Source: Gracilinanus agilis (taxonomy: Eukaryota). Taken from it: DNA of 50,662 nt. Position numbers and translations under genes: made by a program. The stretch spans positions 783,223,550 to 783,274,211 of the forward strand of contig NC_058130.1 in the NCBI RefSeq assembly GCF_016433145.1, written 5' to 3'. Of the stretch, positions 1-11,700 are shown one piece after another. The notes under the pieces are model-generated. The model was not told where the DNA came from and did no database searches. It was given only the letters and a program-made list of their open reading frames with translations. Numbering within the stretch: the first letter of the stretch is position 1; each line of letters starts with the position of its first letter.

Positions 1-140
1 CAATCTCTCTCTCCTCCCTCCCCCATCTCTCTCTCTCCTGCCTCCTTCCCTCTGTCCCTCTCTTTCTCTCTCTCCCTTTCTCCTTCCCTCCTTCTATCTC
101 TCCCTCGCTCCCCCCATCTCTCTGACTTTGTCTCTCTCAT
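1..140. repeat. CT-rich (polypyrimidine) simple repeat
   Basis: Near-pure C/T tract of (CT)n/(CCCT)n type at the window start. Confidence 0.9.
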
Positions 141-429
141 CATAAACTGACTTTTCCTACTGGGACATCTTAGAAAGCAGAGTGAACCCCCTCCCCCATG
201 AATGGAGGAATCTAATCAGCAAGCCAGAGCCAGAGCCCCCCCCTGCACCGCATCCAAAAATCCCTTCTAAATATAGGCCACCACCTGCTCCACACAGCAC
301 AGCTTCTTCTTATACACAGAGAAGAAGCCCAGCTGCAGGCTGAAACATTTCTGCTGCAGGTACAGGAAGCATCATCTGTGGAGTCGGCGTGATCCAAGGG
401 TTTAGATGTAGCCACATAGTGTCCTGGCC

Positions 430-552
430 CTTTGCTCCTGGTTCCAAATGGCTCCCCAGAATGACTGGATCAGTTCACAACTCCACCAACAGGGTATCAG
501 TGTCCCGATTTTGCCACATCTCCTCCAGCGTTTGTCATTTCCCTTTTCTGTC
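430..552 (-). mobile_element. LINE-1 ORF2 3' fragment
   Basis: Minus strand reads aatgacaaacgctggaggagatgtggcaaaatcgggacactg...tgttggtggagttgtgaactgatccag, matching the L1 ORF2 C-terminal 'NDKCWRGCGKIGTLxHCWWSCELIQ' segment. Confidence 0.7.
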
Positions 553-599
553 TTACTACCTTAATCCCGGAGATCCCTGGAAGATTTAAGGGGGTTTTT

Positions 600-1267
600 T
601 GTCTCCACAATTTGTTCTGGCCTGTTTTCATGCACTGCTGTGGGTTTGTTTCCCATGTCTGAGTCTGTGTTTCAATAGCAAGACTGAGAAAGCAGGACTT
701 GGAGTTCTTCCAATTAACACAACCCTCCTGTCAATGTGGGTCCAGCCAGCTTGTTTATTTTGCTGCCTCTTTGGTGGCTTCTCCTGAGTGACAGATTCTG
801 ACTTGGGAGTGAGAGCCCAGATGGAGGGAGCCCTCAGAAGGCTGGGACAGTCTTTGTTCCCCGCAGAGCAACTTCTCCCGCAGATTAATCCTCTTGGAAG
901 CAAAGGAGCTCCTTTGGGGAGCAGAACAGTCTCTTCCACAAGCCGCCAATCGCGGAGGCTCCAAGACAGACAACTTGCTAAGACTCCTATTCATTAAAAG
1001 GGGCGCCGGGGAACTCGGATTGGATCAGCGACGAGCACAAAAGTCTCCGTGGTGCAGAGAGGGCTCTAATGATTGGGAAACAGGGCCAGCTTCCACAGCA
1101 ATAGGGAAATTGGATAATTAGGGGAAATACTAACTGTTGGAAGTCCCTCAGAAAAATTCTTAAGATCTCAGGACTGAGGAAGGCTCCCAGCCCAACCAGG
1201 CGTGACCAAAAACGGGCCTGTCTCAAGGGTGTGTTGAGAGTCCCAACTTGTTCTCCCAAATCCTACA
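600..1267 (-). mobile_element. Probable ERV LTR, reverse orientation
   Basis: Minus strand begins TGTAGG at 1267, has an AATAAA near its far end (plus tttatt near 753) and LTR-like composition. No TSD found, so the boundaries are approximate. Confidence 0.35.
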
Positions 1268-1294
1268 GTAGGACTCAACTTCCATCACTTTCTT

Positions 1295-1497
1295 TTAAAC
1301 TCTTTCCTTCTGTTTTGGGATTAAACTGTGCATTGGTTCCAAGGCAAAAGAGCGGTAAGGGCAAGGCAACGGGGATGAAGTGACATGCCCAGGGTCACAC
1401 AGCTAGGACGTGTCTGAGGCTGAATTTGAACTCAAGACGAGTCTTCCTGACTCAAGGCTCCATGCTCTTTGCACTCTGATACTCCCTCGTTGCCCTT
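1295..1497 (-). mobile_element. Opossum-type SINE (SINE-1_MD-like), older copy
   Basis: Contains ccaaggcaaaagagcggtaagggc...gtgacatgcccagggtcacacagctagg...tgtctgaggctgaatttgaactc, the reverse complement of the tRNA/CORE SINE body. Confidence 0.75.
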
Positions 1498-1499
1498 TT

Positions 1500-2662
1500 C
1501 CCTTTCAGTTTTACACCTTCCTAGTAGAGTTTAGGTAAGGAATGATGCCAGTATTAACATTCAGAGGTGAAAGGGCACCGATTACAAGAGGCTTGGGTTA
1601 TTGGACCCCACAGTTGCTCATCCAAGAATTCCTGGCACCTATTCAGGGAAGGACCTTGATATTATTTATGCCATTACTAGCTGGTACAAATGATGGGGAT
1701 ATCTCATCAACATTTTCAATTTTCTTTTTGCTAACTATAAGACAGACGTGACAGATTTGAACATAACAGGTCTCCCACAGTCTGGGAATATAACAGTGAA
1801 GCCCCTTAAGAGCCCCCAGATTCTCCCCAAAGTTGGACTCAGTTCTTCTTTTATAAAACAAGGATGCCCTTCCGCAGCCAGCATGGCCTTTTCCAACTCC
1901 TCTTCCCTGTATCAGCAGAACAAAGACCAATGATCAGTAGAGATGTTTTAGGAGACTCAAGATGATGTAACTATACTTTTTCAAACCCTGATGTAAATAG
2001 AAAGAACCCTTCCTCTGTGCTAACACAAATGGAAGCCTATCTCAGAATTATACCTTTGTAACTCTTACATGGCCATGAGACCCTGGGCAAGTCACTTCAC
2101 CCCGTTTCCTCCATTTCCTCATCTCTAAAATGAGCTGGAAAAGGAAATGGCAAACCACTACAGTATCTTGGTCAAGAAAACCCCAAATGGGGTTACGAGG
2201 AGTCAAATATAGCTGACAATTCAATCAGACTTGACTGAATAACAAGAAGAAAAACATTAACCAGTCAGGAGACATTGTCACCAACGTCCATGAACCTCAG
2301 CAAATTATATCAGACACTCAATGAATTGTCAGTGAATCCCATGTACATAACAATGACTCCTCATTTTTCCTGGTTTCAAATAGATGGCACACTTATTGCT
2401 TTAATTAAATGGACCTTATTATCTTGACTCATAATTATCTTTCCACCTTGTATTCAACTCTGCAGTAATCATTGTACTAAAGTATGCTCTAATATGGTTC
2501 CCAAGGATATTGGACTAGTTGGGGCCATAAGCAAGAGTATGTTCAATGCTATAAATACTGACTTGTTCTTTGGCTTCCATAATCTTGCTTTCTGATATTA
2601 GATTATCTGTAGATAAAACTGATTCAGGGAACAATTGTCTCCCAAGAACCAAAGGAGGGAAT
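1500..2662 (+). mobile_element. Decayed endogenous retrovirus env (TM-like) region with polypurine tract
   Basis: A stop-poor plus frame runs 1571-2060 and resumes at 2251 after a SINE. It gives N-glycosylation sequons, a heptad-like segment ending in Cys, a hydrophobic stretch followed by PPC, and then the PPT aaaggagggaa (2651-2661) directly before TGTGAAG. Confidence 0.55.
2065..2250 (+). mobile_element. MAR1-type SINE (3' part) inserted in the ERV relic
   Basis: CORE segment followed by the marsupial MAR1 tail ggaaatggcaaaccactacagtatctt...aagaaaaccccaaatggggt...gactgaataacaa. Confidence 0.8.
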
Positions 2663-3438
2663 TGTGAAGTTGTAATCAGTCATTTTGTAATTGTTTTCTT
2701 TTCATTTATTTACGTTGTAGTTTTGCTCTTATAAATCATAATAGGTTAAGAAGTGTATAGGTAACTCTGAAAGGGGTTGAAGGACCTTGGCTCCAGCCAG
2801 TTTCCCTATTCTGGCAAAGTTGAGCCCCTGCAGAGCTCAGCTGATGAGCTAAATTCCTCATACCTATTTAAAACCTTATTAGAGATTGAAATTATAATTA
2901 CTCCATTATTCATAACAGTTACATGGGGCTAGGAATGCCTACACCTTGAATACTCTAATCTATTAAAGTTTCTCTAAAGGTCCCCTATTGTCAGAGATAT
3001 TATACAAGACAGATTTCCATGTTGTTAATGGAAACTCTTCTAATACCCAAGCCAACCAGAAAGCATAAATGTCCATGTTCATCAATGTTATATTCCTGCC
3101 TCAGACCCTTTCTGGTTGTGTGACCCTGGGCAAGTCACTTAGCCCCATTTGCTAGCCCTTGCCTTTCTTTGTTACTAAGACAGAATTAAAAAACAAACAA
3201 GCAAACAAACAAAAAAAAAACCACATGTTCCTCAATCTGTGATGTGTGTTTCTCATTATGTTCCCCATTTTTATATTCCTCAGTTATGCCTATGAAAATG
3301 CTCTCTGTAAGCTCCCAACAAGGTCATTGTGCCAACTGAGGTGGTCTTGGATCTGCTTCATTGACAAATTGCAACCATTGCTAATAAACCAAGCAGGCTT
3401 GAATTCTGCTGCCTCTGTTTCTCCTAGTCACAAATTTC
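2663..3438 (+). mobile_element. 3' LTR of the ERV relic, interrupted by a SINE at about 3095-3220
   Basis: Starts with TG immediately after the PPT, has AATAAA at about 3382 and ends with ...aatttCA at about 3438. Confidence 0.5.
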
Positions 3439-3499
3439 AATGGAAACAAATAGATGTTACTTATCATTTTAAGGAAAGCTCCACTTATTCTTGTGATTC

Positions 3500-3980
3500 C
3501 TAGTGTTTTTTCAAAGGAATGAGGGTTGTATGTTGTCAAAAGCTTTTTCTGCATCTCTTGACATAATCATTATTTTTTATATGATATCACACAAGATAAT
3601 TTTGTTAGATTGGCATGGTCAATTATACTGATTATGTTCAATTGACCCAGCCTTGAATTCCTGTTATAAATCCAGCCTGGCAATAATGTATAATTTTTGT
3701 GATATATTGTTGTAATTTCCTTACTTGTATTTTATTTAAGGAAATTGGTGAACAGTTTTCTTTCTCTGTTTTGGCCCCCCCTGGTTTAGCTATTGATTCC
3801 ATATTTGTATTATAAAAGGAATTTGGGAGGACTCCTTCTTTACCTGTTTTTCCCAATAGTTTATATAGTATTTGGATTCATTGTTCTTTAGATGTTTTGC
3901 AAAATTCACTTGTAAATCCAACTGATCCTTGGATTGTCTTCTTAGGGACTTCATTTATGGCTTGTTCAATTTCTTTTTTG
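3500..3980 (-). mobile_element. LINE-1 ORF2 (RT N-terminal) fragment
   Basis: ORF 3638-3856 '[44 protein letters not shown]' is a decayed L1 'EGILPNSFYEASITLIPKPG..KENYRPISLMN..QVGFIPGMQGWFN'. Confidence 0.9.
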
Positions 3981-4262
3981 TAAGACAGCGTTTCAGTAAC
4001 TTCCCCTCCCTCTCCAACTTATCCGTGGCTTCAGTTCCTCATGATCCATATGGGAGACTAGGCAAGGGTCTCCTTTCTCTGGACTGGAGTCCAACCCATC
4101 CTGACAAAGGAACCACTCTTTACTGCCTGAGAAGCAGGTCTCCGGTCTCTTCTCTACACAATGTAGTAGAAAAATAGCTGGATTTAGAGCCAAGAGATCA
4201 GATTAAATCCTGCTTCAGATCCATGTTAGCTATGTGAATGTCAAAGAAATAGTGCTTCACAC

Positions 4263-4998
4263 TGTTAAAGCCAAGTCCTAGAACAAGAACATTTGTATTT
4301 ATTTACAAGTAACCTGTAGGGAGTTTCTTGGCCCATGGTGTCCCAAGAGCCCTGGGGAACAGACCAGACTAAGCAGCTATGGAATGTTGCAAGAGGAGAA
4401 AAGTCATCCCAAGAGCCCTCTGGGTATTTACAGGCCAGGAGAGAGAGCACATTAGGTCAGGGCCCCAAGGTGTCCAAGCTGAATTATTGTAGTAACTCGT
4501 AGGAGTCCAAGCATATATTAATCTTAATATTATTTTAGGGGGTGCTCAAAAAGCTGACTCTTGTATTTCTTATGATTGGTTTCGGTAACCTTGAGTTCAA
4601 TTGAACTTCAGCCTTGCCAAATTCCTAGCCCTTCCCTGAGTCTACACTCAGTTATCTCAGTACCAATAGCAATCAACTAGCATGTGTATCCAGCAAACTT
4701 AGATACCTCAGGCCATAGGGATTCCTGATCTAGGCGTTATCTACATCTATTATTTTAGGTTCCAGCAGTTTGTATCTCCTGACGATGACTTTGTAAAGTC
4801 AATGTATCAGGCCACTTGTCTAATGATCCTTCTCCCTTTCCCCTATATTGTTGTAACCCCAATAAAAATACCAGTATGGCGGCTAAGCGTTAAGCTCTTG
4901 ACCACCCGAGCTCTGGACCATCAAAGCTCTTCACCATCAGAGCTTCATTCCAGTGAAGCTCTCATCCACCAGAGCTTACTCGTTGTCTAACTACTTCA
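4263..4998 (+). mobile_element. Probable solo LTR
   Basis: TGTTAAAG start, AATAAA at 4861, ends ...cttCA. No convincing TSD. Confidence 0.4.
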
Positions 4999-5294
4999 TG
5001 TCAGAACTTTCTTTGCCTTTGCCTTTCTTCTCTCTTTATGCTCTCCTTCCCTTAGACTTGAACTCGCAACCCATTTTTCTCTCAGTCCCTGGTTCCCCTT
5101 TCTGAGTGTTTTACCCACCAGGAACTTTTGTGAAGTTGGTGAACGTCTTCAGAACTTCTAGAACAAACTCATTGGAGAAGGAAGCTCATCTTTCCTCCCA
5201 TCTCTGTCTATACTCTGCCAGGAGGAGGAGTTGGAAACCTGCTCAGTTTCCCTCAAGAGTAACTATGGGCGAATGTTTTGAACTTAAAAAAAAA

Positions 5295-5535
5295 ATACCA
5301 TTTATATAGTGCTCTAAAGCCTAAGGTAGGTCTTACAAATATGATCCCATTTGATCCACATAGTACCCCTGAGAAGGGGTGCTATTATTGTCTCCATTTT
5401 ACAGATAAGGAAACTGAGGCAAGCAGCAGGGTCACTTCTAAGTGTGACAGGGACAGGGACAAGGACATAGATAAGTGACTGAGGCCAGGTTTGAACTCCT
5501 GACTCCAGGTCTGCTGTGCTATTCATTGCCCCAGA
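5295..5535 (-). mobile_element. MIR/CORE SINE
   Basis: Contains ccattttacagataaggaaactgaggc and tttgaactcctgactcc. Confidence 0.8.
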
Positions 5536-5779
5536 TTCACAAGCTGCCCTTGTATAATAAATCCATGGGCCTGTGACTGACACCCCACTCCAAGGCTGTC
5601 TTAAGGAAAGTCTTTTCCAACTTTAAAGCTCTATAAAAATGTGAACTGGTAACAATATCATAGTTATGATCTTCTTTGGGCCTCAGTTTCCTCATCTATA
5701 AAACACAGTTAGACTAGGTGATCCCTGAGGTCTCTTCCAACACTAACCTTACTGTGATTCCACGATCTCTAGATTCAGC

Positions 5780-6205
5780 GCAGATTTGCCAATGACACCA
5801 ACCTCCAAGGACTAGCACTGAATGCCGGACTCGGGATGCACAATGCTCTTGGCAGGCTAGAGCCTTGGACTGAATTGAACATGAAATTCCATGAGAGGAA
5901 ATGTAAAAACCTTACAGTGGTTCAAGAAATCAACTCCCCAAGTACAAATTCAGAGAGGTGTGGTTAGGCAGTGTGTGTCTGAAAAAGACCTCGGGGTCCC
6001 AGGAGACCACAAGCTTGATGTGGGTCATAGAGGGTTATTTCCATCTTGGTCCTCTGCCCCACTCAGAAGGGCTCTGAGATGTGGAAGAGGGTCCAGAGGA
6101 CAGGAATAGGAAAGGCTCCCAAGATCAGGCCCCAGAAGGAGTGCTCAGAGGAGCCACGGATGCTCCGCCTGGAGAAGAGATTAGGGGGGACGTGGCTGCT
6201 GTCTG
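5780..6205 (+). mobile_element. CR1/L3 LINE fragment
   Basis: aaatgtaaa..tcaa..caagtaca...gaaaaagacctcggggtc...cacaagcttgat...gagggtccagagga...ctggagaagag matches the CR1/L3 ORF2 3' region. Confidence 0.7.
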
Positions 6206-6399
6206 CGGGGAGGGGGGAGTCAATGAACCAGTGAAGGATGCACAGTCTGGAGCTGTCCGAAGGGGAGAGGGGACAGTCCCTGCCCTCAGGGAGCTCACAG
6301 AGAAAGGACAAAGAGGACGGATTAGCCCCCGAGGATGAAGCTTCTTCGGACTTGGGCAGCGGTGGCAGAGCTCTCCCACAAGGAATGGGTAGGTAGTGA

Positions 6400-7000
6400 G
6401 CTCCCCATCCCTGCAGCTCTTCCTCCCAGCAGGGGCTGCCGCCGCAGGCAGGACCTCCGGGTTCCGTCTCTGCAGGTAGTGAGCTCCCCGGGATCCTGAC
6501 GGGGCGGGCAGGCTGGCTGGCGGAACATCCCTCCGGCTCCTCTCCGGATCCCTGGCCCACAGAGCCGGCTGTTGGTGGTTCCCATGACAACAGAGGACGC
6601 GTGGGCTTCTATTGGCTGCCGGAAACGCCCGTCAGCTGGGTGGCCGCCCGGGTTGGTCCTCTCAGGCCGCCGCCCCGGCCCCAGCGCCCATGCAGCCCCG
6701 GCTCCGACCTCCCGCCCAGCTGTCCAGGATGATGAGTGGCCACAGCCGCGGCCTGGGCCACGGGGTCCGCCCTCTGGGCAACGTAGCCGAGAGGAAGCCG
6801 GGGCCGTGGGGGGACCCCTCGGGCTCCAGGATGAGCCAGCGCCCGGGGCCGTGGGGCCTGGCCCCCACCTCCCGGCGGCCCTTCCTCCTGGCGCTCCCGG
6901 AGAAGAAAGAGGCCGAGAAAGAGAGACAGAAGGAGCCGCTGAGGATTCGGAACTGGGAGAGGAGCGGCCTGGGGATAGTGCTTCAGGTCAAGCGGGGTGG
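6400..7000 (+). promoter_or_regulatory. CpG-island promoter of LRRC74B with an RFX X-box (6578-6591) and an inverted CCAAT (about 6611)
   Basis: GC/CpG-rich. GTTCCCATGACAAC matches the palindromic X-box GTTGCCATGGCAAC at 12 of 14 positions. Confidence 0.6.
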
Positions 7001-8734
7001 ACAGCTGGGCCACTGACTGCCCCGGGCAAATGGGAGGGGCCTTTGACAGAGGGGGAAACTGAGGCCCAGAGACTGGTCTAAAGCCATGGTGGGAGGGGGC
7101 GAGCCAAGATCAGAAGCCAAGGCCCCCGCCTCCAGAGCCACGGAGGCACCCACTAAAGGGGGCCCAGGACCAGCAGAGCTGGGGGACAGAGGCCTGGGGG
7201 AGGAGGGGAGGCTCAGAGAACTTTAATGGCTTCATTTGACAGAAGGGGGAACTGAGGCCCAGAAAGCATGAGCTCCTAAGGGGCAAAGCTGAGCCCCGAG
7301 AACTTCTGGCCTCAGTTTCCTCATCTGTAAATGAGAGGATTGGAGGTTGGACTCTAATGACTAGGGCTCTACCCTGGTCTAAATCAAAGCTTCTTCATTT
7401 ACTGATGGGACCACGAAACCCCAAAGAGTGCAGAGGGTGCCCCCCCCCGCCCCCCTGCCGAGAACCAGAGGCCCTCGAGCCTGCCCCGCCTGGCTCCCCA
7501 GCAGCCTCTCCAGGCTTCCTTGACCAGATGGCCAGAGGATGTCCTCAGTCCTGGACCCTGTGCTATTGCTTTTCCAGGGCGCTTTGCCCAAGACTCGGGG
7601 CACCAGCTCTGCCTTCCCCCTGAGGTACTCCCTGCTGAAGGAAGAGGATGATGATGACATCAGTGTGATGGACGGTCCATCCGAGGGGGCGTATGACACA
7701 GAGAGTGAAGGAGGATCCGACTCTGACCTAGAAAGGGAAGGTAACCGAGGCAGACGGCCAGGCCAGCTCCCAAGGACCCCCACACTGACCAACGGAAGAG
7801 CCCGCTGGGAATGCTGGGCCTGGAGAAGCTTGGGGATGGAATGGCCCATCCTTCCATTGTACCCATGGGGAAACTGAGGTCCCAGGAGGGGCATATCTGG
7901 GATTTAAACTGAGCTCTGAGACTCCTCTGACCCCACAGCTATCCCAAGACCCTCTTCTGTCTCCCTCAGTGATCTCATCAGCTCCTGTGGGGTTAATGAT
8001 CATCTCTAGGAAAATGATTCCCAAATGTCTCTATCCAGCCTAGTCTTTCTCCTAAGCTCCAGCCACCAACTTCCTATTGGACGTTTGTAAGAATGAAATC
8101 TTATTGTTTCCAGTCAGCAAAAATCATCTCCCTCCCCCCCCCCCCCCAGCAAATAGAACCAAAGCAAGACAACAGCCGCGTTACATGGGGCAAAACAGAT
8201 TCTGTGTCGGCCACATCCATGAGGAATATATAGAATATCTACTCCACGGACAAAATAGCTAACACAGATAGAACATTACCTCTGCTATAGACTCAATACA
8301 TATCGCATGTACATAAAACATATTATACATAATAGATGTAAAAGAGATCAGCCTTCTCCCTCTCTATTGGGAGCCGGTTTCTTCATGAATCCTCTGGAAT
8401 CGTAGTTGGTCCTTATGCAGATCAGACTTCCTCATTCTTCCCAAGGTGTTTGACTTCACAATATGGCTGTTCCTAGGCACAGTGTTCTCCTGGTTCTTCT
8501 CTCTTCCCAGAGTTCTCAGAAACCATCCCCTTCCTCCTTTCTTACGGCACAATCACAGGCCACACTTTGATCATCCCCTCAGATTCTCCTTCTTTGCTAT
8601 CTTGAAGAGAGCTAGAAACCTTTTGGCATGGCCCTAGAATTTTGCTTATAAACAGTATCTCCCTTAATCTTGTCTCCCTCAGTTTTCCTTCTCTCCTTTC
8701 CCTGATTTTTCCCTGTTACAGGAAATGTATTTCT

Positions 8735-8791
<57 letters not shown>

Positions 8792-11700
8792 CCCCTTCTT
8801 TGACTTATTCAGATGAGAGGGAGATTGAAATGTCAACCATCCCTTCTTCTTCTATGCTTGTATAGGCTTCTACATGAGCACCCACTTTTGTGAGATAATT
8901 TTCCTTGCTCTTCCTTTCCCCCCTCCCACTTCAATATATTACTCTTCCCCTCCTTTTCTATTCTTTTCTTTCTTTCTTTTTAAAAAACCCTTACCCTCTC
9001 TTTTAGCATTGATACTAAATATCAGTTCCAAGGCAGATGAGTGGTAAGGACTAGGCAGTTGGAGGTTAAGTGATTTGCACAGAGTCACACAGCTAGAAAG
9101 TGTCTGTGGCTAGATTTGAACCCAGGACCTCCCACCTCAGGCCTAGCCCACTATTCCCTGAGCCTCTTAGATGCCCCTTTCCATTCTTTTCTTAAGATCA
9201 AGATAGAACAGAACCACTCTCAGGCCTTGTCTAATCACACTCTCTCTGATCTCCAAAAATGTTAGGGTTCCGGAGGATGCAAATATCAGACCCTATCCCG
9301 AGTGACCACAGACCTCTCTGTCTTTGTGTCAATCAGGACTAGACAAATGACAAACCATAATTTTTTTTCTTATATTTCTCCATCAGGTTTGATATGATGT
9401 ATTTTCTAGATGCTTTTTAGAGGAGATTTGGTGAGGATCTTGCTGCTTCTTGCTGTTCTCAGTTTTGCCTATTGGACATTTTGAAGTGGATATTCCAATA
9501 AGCATGGAAAACTCAACCTGTCCAAAACTGAACTCAATCTTTTCCCCCAAATCCTCTCCTCTTCCTAACTTCTCTATCATTGTCAATATGGTCAAGGGCT
9601 CCACCATTTTCTTAATCCCCCAGTCTCATAACCTAAGAATTATCCTGGACTTCTCCCTCTCTCTCATGCTCCATATCCAAGATGGTGCCAAGGCCTGTCC
9701 ATTTCACCTCCGGAGCATCTCTTGTCCATTTCACCTCTGCAGCATCTCTTGTCCATTTCACCTCTGCAGCATCTCTTGTCCATTTCATCTCCACAGCATC
9801 TCTCATCAATTTTACCTCTGAAGGATCTCCCCAAAACTCCCTTTCCTCTCCTCTGACCCTGTCCAGGCTCTGCTGCAAGCACTCATTCCCACACACACTA
9901 TTGCAGTAGCTGCTGGGCATCTGCCTGCTCAGTCTTTTCTCTCCCCACTCAGGATTTTCCTGAAACTCAGGTATGACTATGTCACCCACTACTCAGTAAA
10001 CCCCAGTGTCTCCCTTTTGCCTCTAGGATCACACTATTTGACTCTTAAAGGTCTCCATGGCTTAGCCCCCTCCTACCTTTCTAGGCTTCTTGCTCCCTTC
10101 TGCATCTTCTGCCATCCAGCAGCACTGACCTCCTTGGTGCCCCTCAAACAAATAGCTGCAAATAGGCTCTGCACCTTTGAACTCTGTGCCCCACCCCTGG
10201 AATGCCATCCCCCCTCACCTCTGCCTCCCAGCTTCCTACAGAACTCAGCTCAAACCCCACCTTTTAGACGAGGCCTTTCCAGGCCCTCCCAGGCTACAAC
10301 AGCCTCCCCTCTATGGTTGCCAGACATCTTCCCTGTAGGTACCTTGTTATTTTCATGCTATCTTCCCTATCAGACTGTAGAAAGCTCCCTGAGGGCAAAG
10401 TGTTTTCCTATTTCCCTATCCCTGAAGGGATAATGTGGAGAATGTCCAGAGAGTCAGAAGTCCAATCTGAAGAGATAGTACCAAGTCATGTGAGAAGAAG
10501 AAATGCTCATTTCTGACCAGAAGATTGTCCAGAGCAAAGATTGGGGCTCAAGGAGGCCTTCCTGTGGGGGGAGGCAGTAGAGTGGGGCTTTAAAACCTGG
10601 GGAGGACTTCAGAAGGCAGAGGGAAAGAGAGGGCATGCAGAGCAGAATAAAGGGGGCAAAGGCCTAAAGGTGGGAAAAGGTGGAAAAATCCAGACCCATC
10701 CTGGTCAGCTGTCAAACACAGATCCTGGAGCTTTCTCTCCCACAGGGCTGTTGGGCTGGAGTCTCTGGCTGCTGAAGGGAAGCCCTGTACCCTAGAGTTT
10801 CTCTTCATCACTCAGCCCTCATCACTTTTTTTTTAAAACCTTTACCTTCCATCTTAGAATTAATACTAAGTATTGGTTCTAAGGCAGAAGAGAGGTAAGG
10901 GCTAGGCAATCAGGGTTAAATGACTTGCCCAGGGTCACAGAGCTAAGACGTGTCTGAGGCAATATTTGAACCCAGCACCTCCTGTCTTTAGGCCTGTTGC
11001 CACCCAGCTGCCCCTCCTTGTCACTTCTTGTCTAGACTCTTCTAGTAGCTATCTCCTTTTCTCCAAGGCACAGCCCTGCCCCCAGTCACTCCCCAACTCA
11101 AAGCCCTTCCATGGCTTCTTAAAGTAGGGGCAGGGGCTGTGCAGCCAGGCCCAGGTCCTTGCACACAGCAGGTGCTTAATAAATGTTCCTGGGCTTGCAT
11201 GGAGGCTAAGTTAGAAATCGGGGAGGTTTTGGGGGGGCTTGGATGTCACACCAATGATGAGAAGGGGTGCTTTGTTCACTCTGACGCCTCCTATCTCTTT
11301 CTCCTACAGAGCCCGGTGGGCCATATGACCTCACAGGCAGGTCGCAGTACCTGTCAGCCTGTGAGGCCTACGGAGTGGTGCCCATCTCCTACTTCCTCCA
11401 CCACATGCACGATTCTGAGCTCACGCTGACGCACCGCGGCCTTGGGTCTCAGGTAGAAACATGCTGTCCTCCTGCTGAGTGTAAGCTCCCAGAGGGCAAG
11501 TACACTTGGCCCAGTGCCTGGCTCTGGCCGCCAGCACCTTGGGGAAACTGTGGCACGATGGATAGAACCCTGGCCTTGGGCTCAGGAGACATCAGCTCCA
11601 GCCTTGCCTGGCTCTCCCATTAACTCACTGTAGGACCCCAGCTCGGGATGAAGCAGGCATGCCCTGTGTTCTGGTCCCAGCTTGGCTATTTGCTGGCTAT

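Noticed and set aside
1261-1273. Palindrome tcctac-a-gtagga at the LTR-like boundary
   Set aside because: Too short to exceed chance.
6391-6489. 16-bp direct repeat aggtagtgagctcccc upstream of LRRC74B
   Set aside because: Real, but only two copies with no recognisable motif, so no function can be argued.
9633-9989. ORFs with VKWTRDAAE or CPFHLCSIS peptide repeats, and CRISPR-like periodicity
   Set aside because: Produced by the 27-bp tandem repeat in L2. There are no unique spacers or cas genes, and the DNA is mammalian.
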